Shown in pieces: positions 12,201-26,600 of a stretch of DNA of 64,000 nucleotides; within the stretch, counting starts at the first letter, position 1; each line of letters starts with the position of its first letter. Source of the DNA: Octopus vulgaris (taxonomy: Eukaryota); NCBI GenBank assembly GCA_951406725.2, contig OX597828.1, positions 61,628,001-61,692,000 of the forward strand, in the 5' to 3' direction. The notes beneath the pieces are model-generated. The model did not search any database and had not been told where the DNA came from. It was given only the letters and a program-made list of their open reading frames with translations. The translations under genes were made by a program, and so were the position numbers.

Positions 12201-13075
12201 TTGAAGCATAAATTTTCCCACAGTTTGTCCTTTGACAGTCCTGGGTCAAACGGAGATCATGACGAGTGCGTACAACATCCGAGATGTTGTAGGCACTCAC
12301 ACCCCTCTACTACTCGGGCAAATGCAGTAAATAAAAGTTCACTTTAGCCCCTTCTACAGAGAGGATTACTGGTGAGACCATCGACAAGATTGGCGGGAAA
12401 ATTTGGGGTCTGGAAAAATGGGTATGGAAAAGTGTTAGTAGGTTTATTCCGGAGAACTTTCAATCAAGAGCACTAGAAAACTTCCCGATATATGCAGCCT
12501 AGCAGGGATAACGAGGGACATTGTCAGCTTGGAACAACGGAAATAGTGTCAGACTGGCTTATCAGTCATGAATATGTAGCAAAAGCAACCATTCCATACG
12601 AATTTCTCTAGTGTCCGAATATTGTGGATTTGTGAAATTTCAGCTGACTCTTTAATGAATATCACGGCGTTGTCTTAGCTGGGAATTGTAGGCAGTTTTC
12701 TTCTTTCTGTGATCATGGCAAAATAGGTTATATCATGGATACAGATGAAAAGATCGATGACGGATATTTTCCTCTTTGGTCAAGCCCTCGTCCTAGTTTT
12801 CTTTTCACTTGAAAAGGGAGATAAGGTAGGACAGCCCTCACCCTATTAAATTTGTTGAAAGGTGAGTGAGAATAATGTAAGTAGTAAAGAGTGAACATGT
12901 CTACTCTTAGCACGCACATGTAGGCTGGAAATATAAAATTTCGATTGAACACTTACTTTTGATGACTTTGGCGATCAGGGTGGGGCAGAACTTGTCAGTG
13001 CCTACATTTCTCCAGTAAACAAAATATCGTCTGTCATCCTTTCGGGGTTGATAAAATATTTACCTGGTAAATAAT

Positions 13076-13489
13076 GGTTTCAAATTTTGGCACAAAGCCA
13101 GCATGTTCGGCTGGGGGGTAGTGAGTCGATTACATAGACCTCAGTGCTCAACAGGAACTTATTCTATCAACCCCCGAAAGGATGAAAGGCAAAGTTGACT
13201 TCGGAAAAATTTGAACTCAGAACACGAAGACAGAAGAAGTGCCACTAAGCATTTTCCGCAGTGTGCTAACGATTCTTTTCTACTCTAGGCACTAGGCCCG
13301 AAATTTTTGGGGAGGGGGGCCGGTCGATTATATCGACCCCAGTACGCAACTGGTACTTAATTTATCGACTCCGAAAGGATGAACGGCAAAGTGGACCTCG
13401 GCGGAATTTGAACTTGGAACGTAAAGACAGACGAAATACCGCTATGCATTTCGCCTGGCGTGCTAAAGATTCTGCCAGCTCGCCGCCTT
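13076..13489 (-). mobile_element. Two tandem family A SINEs
   Basis: Reverse-complement heads end at ~13275 and ~13489 (gaaggcggcgagctggcagaatc), each with a B box and the family A core. Confidence 0.85.
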
Positions 13490-13652
13490 CAAGACACCAG
13501 TTAAATAATGAGGTCGATTGTATCGACTGCCCCGCTTGGGCCTAAATTAGAAACCATTGTTGCTGCTGTTGTTATCCTATTAATTCGGTGCATCGGTAGA
13601 ATCATTAAACGGTCGGGCAAAATATCTTGCAGCTTTTAGTAAGTGCTTCTTA

Positions 13653-13751
<99 letters not shown>

Positions 13752-13765
13752 TATTATTATTATTA

Positions 13766-13980
13766 AAGCGGCGAGCTGGCAGAATCGTTTGCACACCGGG
13801 CGAATTGCTTCGCGGCATTTCGTCTGTCTTTATGTTCTGAGTTCACATTTTGCGAAAATTCACCTTTGCTTTTAATCCTTTTGGGGTCGATAGAATAAGC
13901 ACCAGTTGAGCACTAGGGTCAATGTAATCGACATACCCACTTGCTCGAAATCGCTGTTCTTGTGCCAAAATTTGAAACTA
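13766..13980 (+). mobile_element. Family A SINE after an (ATT)/(ATC) microsatellite
   Basis: aagcggcgagctggcagaatcg...ctgagttcac...ggggtcgatagaataagcacc...ccaaaatttgaaac. Confidence 0.85.
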
Positions 13981-15780
13981 ATATTATTATTTAATAAATA
14001 AAGAATTATTATTATTTATTTATTTGCCAATTTTATAATTCATAAAATGCTAATCACAATAAAATCGTTATTGTAATTAAAAGTAATTTCTTTTTTTCAA
14101 AAACTAACCTACATTTGAACATTATAATTCATTATTTTAAATATAAACAATATATTTTGTGGTGGTTTCATATATTTGCATGTCTATTTTTCTGTCTGTC
14201 TATCCAGTTATATTTATGTAAATGTATGCATGTGTGTTCGTATGAATGAATATTTGTACGTTACGCGTACATATGTAAGCGCGCACATGTATAGCTGCTC
14301 TTATGCACATACTCAGATTCTTGACAACTGGGAAAAATAAAAAGCTAACCTACTACTAAAAATAAAAAGAAAAATGGTTCAGGCAAGTGTAGAAATATAA
14401 TCCTATGAATATTGCTTATCAGTTCCAAACATTCTACTGTACAGGCGAAAAGAAAAGGGTTAAAATTTCTCTCCAATCGCTTCTCTTCCTAGTTCACACA
14501 CAAACACACATACTTGTGGAACGCTACCTTTAACTTTCCTTCAATAAATAATAAATATGGCAATCTTTGCCTTTGGCAAGCCAGAGACAGATTTACGACT
14601 GTTGCCACAACAGCTCTTGTGCTTGTCTCTAATTTATGTAGCAGAGACTTTAACCGTTATTGTAGACTGTGTTTTAGCATTTTTACATCACCGCTTGTAC
14701 CGAGACTATTTTTTTATACAAGCTTTATTGTTAACATACACTTGTGAATTTTTTTTTCCCAGAAACAAATGGGTTGCATTAAATCCTAAACAAATTGTTA
14801 TTGCAATTGTTGTTGTCTTTGCTGCATACTTTATCTATTTATTTATTTATAGATATTTTTTCTTTCAATTGGGTCATTGTATGTGTTGGTTCTGTGGTGA
14901 ATTATAAGGCTTCGGAGTGAATGTACGTACATGCATAAGTACATACGCACACATTGATGCAGGTATACAAACACGCACTCACACCCTGCTTGTAATCATG
15001 AACATAAACATTTCAGTAATGTCGATTTGACCTCTGTATATAAATGTACGAGTGTGCGGGCGGTGCACACAGGGAAGAAATTCCAGAAGGCGGTCATTCT
15101 CGGGAGAAACGAATGGAGGTTGTTGTTATTATTGCTGTTACTATTTATGATGTTATTGTTACTTTTGTAACCTGGAGGCAAATCTTTATCGGTTCGAATC
15201 AGCTTTACTAAAGTTCTGTTACTAATGGTTTCAAATTTTAACACTTTTCTTCCTTTCTTTGATGTTGCTCAGCTTCCGTTGTTATCTTCCAGTACCCCTT
15301 TTGTTGAGATTTTCTCCATTTGTTGTCATATTCTCTGGAGGTAGGCTGCCAAGCTATCATATTACATGACCCAATCACTTCATTTTATCCCCATTCATAA
15401 CCGGCTGCAGATTCAGTTAGTTAGAGTGCACCAAACCCGTGTACATGTATGTGCAGAGCTGGGCACTTTTTTTCTTTTCTTATGAAGATTAGCAGTTTCC
15501 CATTCATAGAAAGTTTGCTTCGTGCAACCAATGTTTATTGAAGGGAAAGATTACCGAGCTTGACACCAGTGTGGTCGCTGGCATCACTCCCAGAATGCAA
15601 AGAGCCGGGCAGATACTGCAAGACATTTTGCTCGACTCTGTAACACTTCCGTAATCCGCCAGAAGGATGAAAGGCAAAGATGAAGTCAAAAGGATGGAAC
15701 TTACTGTGTAGTGAATTGGAACATGCTGTGAGACCGTTTTTCAACACAACGTCGTTATCATTCTGCCACGTCGCCTACAC

Positions 15781-15822
<42 letters not shown>

Positions 15823-16299
15823 TTGTGTTTACACACCCATATACAACCATCTGCGCATATCATCATATACGAGTCTTGCACCGACCATAATTCAGAAGTG
15901 GACACAACCTTTTTATTAACTGAGGTAGGTCGTTGAAATTGCACTTGTTGGTAGAATAACTCCTACTCTGTAGTAAGTCTTTTCTTGTTCTTCATTGCAG
16001 GCAATGTTCCAAGCGGAAGTAATGTGCTGTCATAAACTTCTAGATGAAAGAGGATGCGGGCTGTCCGACATCTACAAAAGGCTTTGCGATGTATTTTTCG
16101 GAGTATCTAAGAGCTGGTTTCAACAATTGGGCAAATGCAGCGCTTGTAAAGCTCCATTATGTTGAGAGGTACTTTAGTATAAAGAAAAAGTTGTTTTACT
16201 AACACAGGCAATTTGAGTTACTTATCTCGGTTAATAGAAATTATGTCTACTTTTGCATTACTTTCAGTGAACTGTGGAATATCTAGGAAATTTGTACAA

Positions 16300-16468
16300 A
16301 CGATCGTTAGCATGCCGGACAAAGTACTTAGAGGCATTTCGTCCGTCTTCATGTTCCGCATTCAAATGCGCCGAGGTCGACTTTGCTTTTCATCCTTTCG
16401 AAGTCAATAAAATAAATACCAGCTGAATACTAGAGTCGACTTGCGACTTCGTGCCAAAATTTGAAATC
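16300..16468 (+). mobile_element. Family A SINE
   Basis: cgttagcatgccggac...gaggtcgactttgcttttcatcctttcg...gccaaaatttgaaatc. Confidence 0.8.
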
Positions 16469-17739
16469 ATTATATAGTTATTTTCACATGTGCGTGTGGT
16501 GTGTGAGTGTGTACGTGTGTACGTATGAAATGTGGTTTTATTGCTGCATATATAAATATGTATCAAATTAATGTGTAAATATTTTTTACATATTTAAATT
16601 GAAGCTTGTAGAGATGATTATCTAATTGCTGTCCTAAAAAAAACTATTACAATACTATTTACATGATTTCAGTGTAGTGTTTGAATTAAAAATTTAGAAC
16701 TTTCACCTTATTTCGGAATATATCTTATAATTTCGTCGAAATTTTTTCGATTTAATATTTAATCTTCCATAGACACACTGTTCCAAATTTCCTATCACAG
16801 ATTATAATCTCAATTTAGTGTCCTCTTCAGGGACATAATTAAATATTTGCACTAGAAATGAACTCGTGACCCCGGAGTATACTTCTTCCTGTCAAACATT
16901 TTACACATAAAATTCTCGAAAACCGTTACTTTAATTATGGTGGAAATTAGTTATTTATGAAGATCTTATCATACCGAATAATAGACATGCATTTAAGCAT
17001 AAATCTCAACAACTAATAAAAGAATCGTCCAGAAGGGATCGACAAGCAGCAGAAAATACGAAGGCATCGATTCATATGGCGTAACTATTGAAAGAAAAGT
17101 TTAGGGCAAAGTGGAGGTTACCGTCTGTTAACCGTAAAATAAAAATTGATGCGATCTAAGGAGGCCTTTATGTGATTACTCGATTAGCTAGATATGATTT
17201 ATGCTCAGAAGGTTTTAAAAAGAAAACGATTATATTTAAATTTATATTGGATAATGAAATATCGGATAAAAGATGCATGTACAAAACAAGAACAATAAAA
17301 GCAAATAAATAAACAAGCTTCATGGCTTTTGAACAGGGATTTGCTTAACCAGGAGTGACCTAGGTCAAGCAGCAGAAAAGAAAAAAATGGAAATAGAAAC
17401 AAGCTTAATTCGTTATCCGCATTGATCCCCTACAGACACTTGGGATGATTTAGAATTGACATTCTGATTCAAATCCCGGTGGAGTCAAATTTGGCCCTCA
17501 GCTTTTCTTTTTTTTTTTTTAGTGGACGAGGGGATAAAAATGTGTCAGTCAAGTAGTGCAGCCGATGGTATGCCTAACTCAGAAACCATAATTAACTTTA
17601 TCTTGCTCATTATTTATTTCTTCCTTATGTTCTTTGTAAAATGTGGTGAGATATACATCCTGCAGTCGATGTTACTACATGTTTTCATTCTCTTTACACA
17701 TGCACACACACATACATAAATCATATATATACGTGTGCG

Positions 17740-17791
<52 letters not shown>

Positions 17792-19025
17792 TGTTTGTGC
17801 GTGCGATTATATTTGCACACCCACACATATACGCACATATACATTTACAAAGAAAGAAATGCTTCCATACATGACAGAAATATATTATACTGGTTAGATG
17901 CAGTCGTTTGTTTCAGGACAGTATGAAAGAAATTAAGGCAGAAATAACAGCGCAAAAAGCTCCACTAACATAAAAGCCATTAAAACACGAGGAAAATGTA
18001 ACACTCACTAATGAAAGGCTCTAAAACCAGATAAAAACCCTATTTGATTCAGAAATCTTAATCAATTTTTGAGCAACATTTTGTTCTGAATTCTAACAGA
18101 TATGTTATTTTTTTGTCCCGTTTTACACTTCTTTTTGTAAAAATTAGAGCGTTGTCTCTGTAACATTCATTGTATGTAAAATGACATTTTCAGACACACG
18201 TACTTTCCAAAAGAGATTTCTTTGTTATTACAAGTGACGGCCAGAAGTTAGACAAGAATACTTTGATGTTGATAAAGTGGAAACATTCTGAAAACTACGC
18301 TTGCTCATACTTCCCCTTCGTAGACATATCTTATAAACGACTAAAGAGTGACGATTTTCACTCCATCTTCTTTTAATCTCATTTCGTTACTTCTTTCTTC
18401 TTTTTTTCCCAGCATATCTAATATTAAATTTAGGTAGAGATTCAGGACAGAAGCTTTAGTCTAACTTTATGAATGAATATTTATAACTGTAAACAAAGTG
18501 ATGATTCTGTTTGCTTTTCCAATCTGATCCTCACCACCAAGCTACCAATTTCGCATGTTCCTTACACTGTTTCGCTTTATATCACATTTTATTACCAGAT
18601 TCAATGTTGGAAAAATTCAAATTGTTATGATTTATTGTCACCTATAGCAACACATTCACATATGCTAGAAAGTTTCTGAATTAATTTTCCTAATACTCTC
18701 AACCACCAAAATCTTATGTTAACATACATCTCTAAACATACACATGTAATACATTCTTACATACATATTTGCATACATATTTTACATGTATCTATAGGAA
18801 TGTGTGTATGCATGAATGACGTATATCTATATATGGATATGCATGTACACACACACACACACACACACTTACACAAACAGACAAACACACTCACACACAC
18901 GCACGCTTACACCACACATACGTATGCTTGATAGATATAAATATTATGACACTAAAAGGCATGATGCCGCATATGTGTGAGAGTACATATGAATATACAT
19001 ACATATATATATATATACATATAAA

Positions 19026-19076
<51 letters not shown>

Positions 19077-19193
19077 ATAAGATCGTTAATTTAAAATAAA
19101 ATAACGATTTTATCAAGTATTCAGCATGGAAAAAAATAAGCTTCAATGGTAATGATTATTAGAATTATATATTAAGGTATCTCGTAGATACCC

Positions 19194-19235
<42 letters not shown>

Positions 19236-19242
19236 CATACAC

Positions 19243-19308
<66 letters not shown>

Positions 19309-22300
19309 GTCTATATATGTATGTATGCATATGCACACACACACACTCTTTTATTTGATTCATATACTCAATTGAATCAGTCCCAGTACTTGACTCTTAT
19401 TTTATTTTGTTCAACCTAAATTGACCTCGGCAGCATTTGCACTCAAAAACTAAGCAGTAAGTGCCGTACGAAGATCCTTCATCGTTAAATTAATTCATCG
19501 AAGGTTTTATATTTATCAGAAGTGAACATTATTTCGATGAAATTGAAAGAATGCTGTTAAGATCTTCTATATTGAATACAATTTAAAAGGTCGCCTTTGC
19601 AACGGTTGTCACAATTCTAATTGGGAAGATGCACTAAATAACGGAATAGTATTTATTAAAATGCCTGACTAGTTCATGTTAGCTATTCGTCATTAACCAC
19701 CAGTGATTTGGTTCAATAATTGAAAGAGATTTTTTGATTTTTAATTTCAAGATAACTGATCTAGGTAAAGGTCTTCTTTTGACTGTTCAATTCCGGGTAT
19801 AAAATCAGTTTTATTAAGCATTTCAAATTCCACGTCATTTATTCTCCAAACAAGTGGGACTTCGAACGGCAAGGCTTAATGTACTGTATTCATTTGAAAT
19901 TTGCTGAGTAAAGTATAAATAAGAACGAGAAGAGATGTGAATATACAAAGAGGGGAGAGAGAGAGAGAGAGAGAGAGAGAGTGCGTGAAAAGAGAAATAG
20001 CGAAGGTTAGAAGGAAAGAGGGAGAGTTAATAAAGAAAAAAAACTGTTCATAAAAATTTTCCTTTCTTAAAATTAAAAAGCCACAAGCAAGAGTCGATTA
20101 CTGAAGTCGTTTGTCTTGGACAAAGATCTAAAGACAATTTTTTCTTCTTTCTTGCACGTTCAACATTGAAATCTCTTTTTCTTTTTTCATGATTTTTTCC
20201 CTTGTTGAATGTCTGTACTTCTACTGTGTCGCCAAACCAATGTCTGATGGCGGCGCCACCATTTCCCTTCTCTTTTGTTTCACCCATACTACAATACTTG
20301 AATATATTTATTTATTTATCGGTTCCTTTTCTGTTGTTGGTTACAGTGAATTGTTTTCTATAGTCCTTTGAACAGATATTTATGTCTGTTTCATTTCATC
20401 ATACGGTAAACATTTAGTACACAGCTTTATGTCAGAGGAGGGTTACTGTACACTTTTATATACTTGTGCATATCTTTATTGTTTCCCATGCAAAATAAAT
20501 CATATAACCATGTTAAAATAAAATTACAAAAGCCAACGAGACAACACTTAGTAGGTACTCGACCTGCTAGAAAAACGACTAAATAATTCTCAAATTATAT
20601 ACCACCTTCTTGAAAAAGCAAAGGACATATTACATAATATTATCCTTGATAGTCCTCAAAATGTGGGAATAATATTGAGCAAAAGTCTACTGGATCATAG
20701 TTGACTTGATGTTAAAATGCCACAACACAGTTTCTCAAGTTTCTAGTTAACCTTTATCATTTTTTTTTCATTCTATACTTAGTCATCACCAATCTTTGTT
20801 GTTGTTTAATCCAAACTCAACCCTCATCGAGCACACTTATGGTCACAAATGTTTCAGCTCTGGCCAAGAGAAATTTAGCTGTTGTTTCTAGTATCCAGGA
20901 GCATTATCATTGTTTGAAAACAAAGATAAAAAGGTCTTTAGAAATCAACAAATAAGATCACAAATAAGATAGGCACAGGAGGTGCGTGGAGATAAACGAA
21001 ACCAAGTAGAGTTTAAAGACAAGAATGTGAGATTTTGAAATGAAGTATTTTGTCCAAAGACAGAGTGCTGAGTGGTCTTACAATTTTCAGTTTAACGGCC
21101 TATCACAAAGTCAGAGAAGTCAATTTCTATTGGGCGAATGAAGAAATAATATTGATTTCTTTTGACAAGATCAGTTACGACAATGAAAACAAAGATAAAG
21201 TTAAATGACCAATACTTTTTTGGTATTATTTGAGTGATCTTGGAACATTTCGTCCAGTTGAACTGAAATTGTCTTCGAACAATTAACCCGGTCTCAACAG
21301 AATAATCTTGCAGCTTAAATTCATCTGGATTTAGATTTAGGTGGAAAATAATAAAATATTTTGTTAAATACACTTTTTACTCTTCCTTATAAAAAAAAAG
21401 ATTAATAGTAAATGCTCTAAATTTTGTATAATTTATGATGTTTGGAAGCTATTTGTACAAAATTACGATTTGCGAAGTTTCTCTAATGCGCATGTAGTCG
21501 GATAAATGAGAGTATCATGAAACAACGTTTGTCTATTAACGCTCCACATTCGAATGTCTAAAGGGCCTTGAATTGTGTGAAACACCCACGAAGCCCAATG
21601 TGGCTTCATACAAAAGTTACAAATCTACTTATCTCAGACAAGTAGATTTGTAACACTTGAAATCAGTTTCACAATCAAGTGTTTTAGAGTTTGAACCCAC
21701 TGCACAGTGCCTTCGGCAATCCATGCTGACATAAAAGCAAATACACCAACCCACACACATACACTTGCATTTATATACCTATGTATATATATACTAGAAT
21801 ATCCATGAGGTCATATATACATACTTGCATGCGTATGTGTGTCTGTTTATTTTCTTTCTGTTTACATAATATTTTTTATCAGGCACTTGAGTAGTAAAAC
21901 TAACGAAGAGAGCCGAGTTCAACTCCTTTTAGGGACGTTAATGCACAAAGATGTTTGTTATCTTTATTTTCTATAATAAAGTTTGCTGTGTATTTATATA
22001 CGCTAGCGGAACTCACAGAAATCCCACGATTTTTGCGAGTGAAAGATGAGAAGTCTTTGCTTGTTATTATGATAGTGGAGACGACAGCAAATGATAGGCG
22101 AGAGAGAGGGAATAAAAAAGTAGAGAGAAGGAGAGAGAGAGAGAAAAGGAGAGAGAGATACGGACAAACTGTGACAGAGAAACAGAAGGAAAAAAGAAAG
22201 TGAGAGAGAGAGGTGGCGGAGGAAATGGAAGGAGTGAGGGAAAACGTTATTGCAAGTGTTAGTCGAGGTGGTTCGAGTGAAAGACAGGAGAAAGAAAGTT

Positions 22301-22749
22301 ACCCAAACGGAAATCTGACAAATCGATAGACGGGTAACCATACGCACAATTGCAAGCACAAACTTATATGCACACACACACACACACATACCCCCCCCAC
22401 ACACACACATGCACATAACATTGAAAACTTGAACAGTTTGTTGTGATGATAACGGTGGTAGAGCGTTAATTAATGGAGGTGATGGTGGTTGCAAGTAGTA
22501 AGGAACTCGCGGCAAACGATTTGTTTAGTGGATTGAAATTTTCAGAAAATACCAAATAATTTCATTCATGTAGCTTACTACAAGTAATTCTATTCGCCGC
22601 CGCTGTCATTCCTCTGATGAAACACCAACAACAAATAACAGTCGGCATATACAACAAACAAGCATCGTCATCACCATTTACCATTATCATCTAGTTTCTG
22701 TTCTTTTGCGCTGAAATTCTCGTTTTCTCTCCCATTTTCTCTCATGTTT

Positions 22750-22815
<66 letters not shown>

Positions 22816-23059
22816 GTCTCTCTGCTTTCTCTTTCTCACTGAACCTCTCTCCGTTCACCGTTATCAACAACAACCTCACCGCCGATGCCATGACTCAACG
22901 GAGAAATGTTCAAAATGTATTCAGTAGTGCATGATGCTGCGAATGTATTTGCGCGCACGCACACATACACTCAAACACAAACACACATAACTACAAATAC
23001 TTATTCAAACATATATACAAACATATAATGAAAACTTTAATAGTTTGTTGTGGTCACGA

Positions 23060-23280
23060 TATGGTAGAGTGACAGTATTACTAGAGTGTTGGACAAAATG
23101 CCCGGCGATATTTTTCCAGTTCTGTACATTCTGGGTTCAAATCCTCTTGAGATGAGCTTTGTATTTCATCCTGTTAGTGCTAATTAACTGAAATACTGGT
23201 CAAGTGCTAAGTTGATGTTATCAACTGATTTCTCACTTCCCCTCAGAAATGATGGTCTTGTGCCAATATTATAAGCACCA
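23060..23280 (+). mobile_element. Degenerate family A SINE
   Basis: ggacaaaatgcccggcgatattt...ctgggttcaaatcc...tttcatcct...cttgtgccaatatt. Confidence 0.55.
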
Positions 23281-23371
23281 TTAAATATGTTTATATCAAA
23301 TATGCATATTTTAACACATGGAAATTTTAATATATCGTTTCCGGAAATTCGTAATATTAATCCTGGGAAAT

Positions 23372-23506
23372 ATAGGTAAGGAAGCTTGATTCTCAACCAC
23401 GTACATGACACCTTTGGCGAATGTCCTCTACTATAACTTCAGGCCGACCAAAACTTTGTGAGTGGATTTGGTAGATACGTAGATAGAAACTGAAAGAAGC
23501 CCGTCA

Positions 23507-23510
<4 letters not shown>
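23372..23510 (+). mobile_element. Family B SINE 5' part
   Basis: ggtaaggaagcttg...caaccac...cctttggcgaatgtcctctactata...gtgagtggatttggtaga...gaaactgaaagaagcccgtc. Matches copies at 24790-24910 (-) and 58146-58276. Confidence 0.7.
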
Positions 23511-23546
<36 letters not shown>

Positions 23547-23549
23547 TAT

Positions 23550-24144
23550 ATTTCTCCTCTCTTCACTCCTACCCACCTACTCTTTTCCCCCTCTCCCTTC
23601 ATCGTCACCCCTCCCTCGTAACCCCACCCCACAAATCCAACCGCATCTTTCCTATTCATCTTAACTCACCCCATCCTAGCCCTTACACCCACTCCCACAC
23701 ACCACCCCACACACCACTACATCATACACCACCATGCCACACAACACCACATCACACCACCACGCACACACTAGCACTGACCACTTCCCAGCCCCATATC
23801 CAGACACGTACACATACACAACCGCACATGTCAAGGTCACCAGCCCTCTTCCACGTGCACATACGTGCTCTCTTACACACGCGCGCACCTTCGTTTTGGA
23901 ATCACCACTACTTTATTATCTCCCCTTCTTCCTAGCTCTCCTGTGTGACCCTTCTGTCCGGCATTCGCAATGATAGATCGCTAGCCACTACACATTCGTT
24001 ATTTTCTCTCTTTGTTTCTTTCTGTGGAAGAGCTTAGGCTCCAAACGTTCGAGACTTTTTCACTTCCTGAGCGTTAGACTAATACATATGTTTGTTGTCT
24101 ACACCACCTGTCTTCGTCTTTTGTTTTTCTTGTGAATTCTCTCC

Positions 24145-24147
<3 letters not shown>
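23550..24147 (+). mobile_element. PLE 3' UTR / pseudo-LTR fragment related to the 32095-32960 region
   Basis: Shares cacacactagcac[t/c]gaccacttcccagc, ttggaatcacca and the HHR-like tail with the minus-strand PLE at 32.1-34.4 kb. Ends at (TA)n. Confidence 0.7.
24019..24052 (+). ncRNA. Degenerate hammerhead-like motif
   Basis: ttt-CTGTGGA-a gagc ttag gctc-CAAA-cg-TT. Stem II is perfect but the core has two substitutions. Confidence 0.45.
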
Positions 24148-24194
<47 letters not shown>

Positions 24195-24292
24195 TCTATA
24201 CAGTTAATCCAAACATGAAAACACAAAGAGAAAACACAATGCGTGGACGTGGAACAAGTATAGTATTATTGGACGCTCAGGAAAGAAGGAGG

Positions 24293-24327
24293 ATTTAACG
24301 TTTCTAGCGGAGCTCTTCGTCAGAAAT
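24293..24327 (-). ncRNA. Minimal type-I hammerhead ribozyme motif in a short PLE tail (24200-24395)
   Basis: Minus strand: attt-CTGACGA-a gagc tcc gcta-GAAA-cg-TT-aaat. Confidence 0.7.
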
Positions 24328-24587
24328 ATAGGAAAAGGAAAGATTCAAAGAAGGGAAGACGGAGGAAAAAAATCGCCAACGGTACACAAGCGGTCACACA
24401 CACACGCACACACACATATATATATATATATAAATTAAGCACACACACACATGTGTGTGTGCTCACATGCGCGGGTGTTTTTTCTGTTTGTTCCCCCCCC
24501 CCCTAACACCTGGTATTGGTGTGTTTACATCCCCATATCTTGGCCAAGAGTCACCCGACAGTAAATCATCATTCTGTAAATACTTAA

Positions 24588-24910
24588 TTCTTTTATTCTT
24601 TTACTTATTTCAGTCATTCCACTGCGGCCATGCTGAAGCACCGCCTTTAGTTGAAGAAATGGACCCCAGGACTTCTTCTTTGCAAGCCTAGTACTTATTC
24701 TATCATTCTCCTTTGCCGAATCGCTAAGTTACGGGGCCGTAAACACAGCAATGCCGCTTCTCAAGCGATGGTGGGTGGGGGACAAACACAGACACACACA
24801 CACGCACATATACGATGAGCTTCTTTCAGTTTCCGTCTACCAAAGGCTTTGGTCGACCCGAGGCTATAGTAGAAGACACACAGTGGAACTGAACCAGGAA
24901 CCGTGGGGCT
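24588..24910 (-). mobile_element. Family B SINE, near complete
   Basis: Reverse complement: ttcctggttcagttccactgtg...tcttctactatagcctcgggtcgaccaaagcc...ggaaactgaaagaagc-(GT)n-...gtttacggccccgtaacttagcg...cagcatggccgcagtgg. Confidence 0.8.
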
Positions 24911-25662
24911 GAAAAGCTGAATGCTGTCAGTTAAAATCACCGTTGGTTTTTTTTTCAACATTTGTATATTTATTAGTGAAGTCTCATATAAAATATTTTT
25001 TTTGTTTTAATCTTGTAATTAAATAGTTTTGATTTACTGCCAGGCGAGCTATTGGCCAGCCCCGTATACATGCATAGACGCGGGCATACATGCATTCACG
25101 CGTGTGCACACGTATTCACGCACACGCTTTTATATATGTATACACAACTTAATAAATACACTCACGCATAATAACATATATGTATGCACTCACACATGGA
25201 CATACGCGTACATACGCAAGCACACACACGATTCCATTGTTTATTTAGCAAATACATTTTTCTGTTATTATGACAAATAGGGGAATGAGAGAATAAGTGA
25301 TGAGAGAAAGCAGCACTTGATGTAGAATATTCTATACGCAAAATACACGACATTCTTCTTTCAAGGAAAGCATTAGTTTAATATTGTTTCCTTAAAGCAA
25401 TATGAAGTATTTTTAGGTTGAAACTTTCTGTAGTAAAAGAGACATTCACTGTCAGCTAAATTTATCAGCAACGTAACCTGGTATGGCTTGTGAGAAACGG
25501 AGAAACATAACCCTCATTAGAAGTAAAAAAAAGAGACCCAATTACAGTAATACACACACTTGCAAACACACTAACTTAAAAACAAACACCACTGTATGTA
25601 TGTATATAAGTATGTATGTATGTATGTATGTATGTATGTATGTATGTATGTATGTATGTATG

Positions 25663-25716
<54 letters not shown>

Positions 25717-25726
25717 CATACATACA

Positions 25727-26600
25727 CGAGCTGGTTCAAAATGTTACCGGAATAGTTCTGTAGTGCACCAAAAAATGGTGCACGGTTGCGTGCGCAGTAA
25801 GAGCTTGTTGTGACCTTCATGAGGGAGTGTGCAGATTGAAATCGCTGTGTTTACTTCGCAAGTTGTAAAACTTGTGTTTTTGTGATCACATGTATGCTGT
25901 AGTCTGCGATTTTGTCATGGACAGGAACAAAACCCAACATGAAATTTTACGTTAAACTTGAGGAGTCTGCTACAAAAACATTTGAGCTTGCTTCGGCAAG
26001 TCTACGGCGACGCGGCAATGGGTCGTACCCGATGTTTCGAGTGGGACGGGCGCTTCAAACGCGGAATAATATCCCTGGAAGACGATGAGCGATCTGTAAG
26101 AGCCACCACGAGCGTCACACCGGAAATGTATTGTGCATGGAGATTTCGTCCCTGCAGTTCTACTGCGACATTTTAAAGCGTTTTGGGGAGGACATTCGAC
26201 GAAAGCGACCAGATCTGAGGAGCGCAAAGAATTGTATTCTTCACGATGCAGTGCACCATGTCACCGATCTCTCCTCACTCGTGAGTTTCACGCCAAAACC
26301 AACATGGTATCGCTTCCGTACCCGCCTTATTCGCCAAATTTAGCACCCGCAGACTTCCGTCTCTTCCCCAAGATGAAAATTTAGTTCAAAGCTCGCCGTT
26401 TTAATACCGTAGTCGAGATCCAGAGTGAATCGCTTACGGAAAACGACTTCCAGGCTGGATTCCAAAAGTGGCGGGAACGCTGGGGCCGGTGTATTGCCGC
26501 ACATGGTAACTATTTCGGAAGAGATAATGTTAAAACTTAGGTAAATAAATGATTTTTTTATTAAACATAACTAGTCCGGGAACCTTTTGATACCATCTCG
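25727..26600 (+). mobile_element. Internally deleted mariner transposon with terminal inverted repeats
   Basis: Left TIR cgagctggttcaaaatgttaccggaatagtt, right TIR (rc) cgagatggtatcaaaaggttcccggactagtt. Peptides VYGDAAMGRTRCFEW..RFKRG..SLEDDERS, IRRKRPDL, LHD and PPYSPNLAPADF. Confidence 0.92.

Noticed and set aside
15985-16170. Splice-acceptor-like ttcattgcag followed by an open frame
   Set aside because: The peptide resembles a decayed mariner N-terminus (LSDIYKRLCDVF). Not enough support for a host exon.
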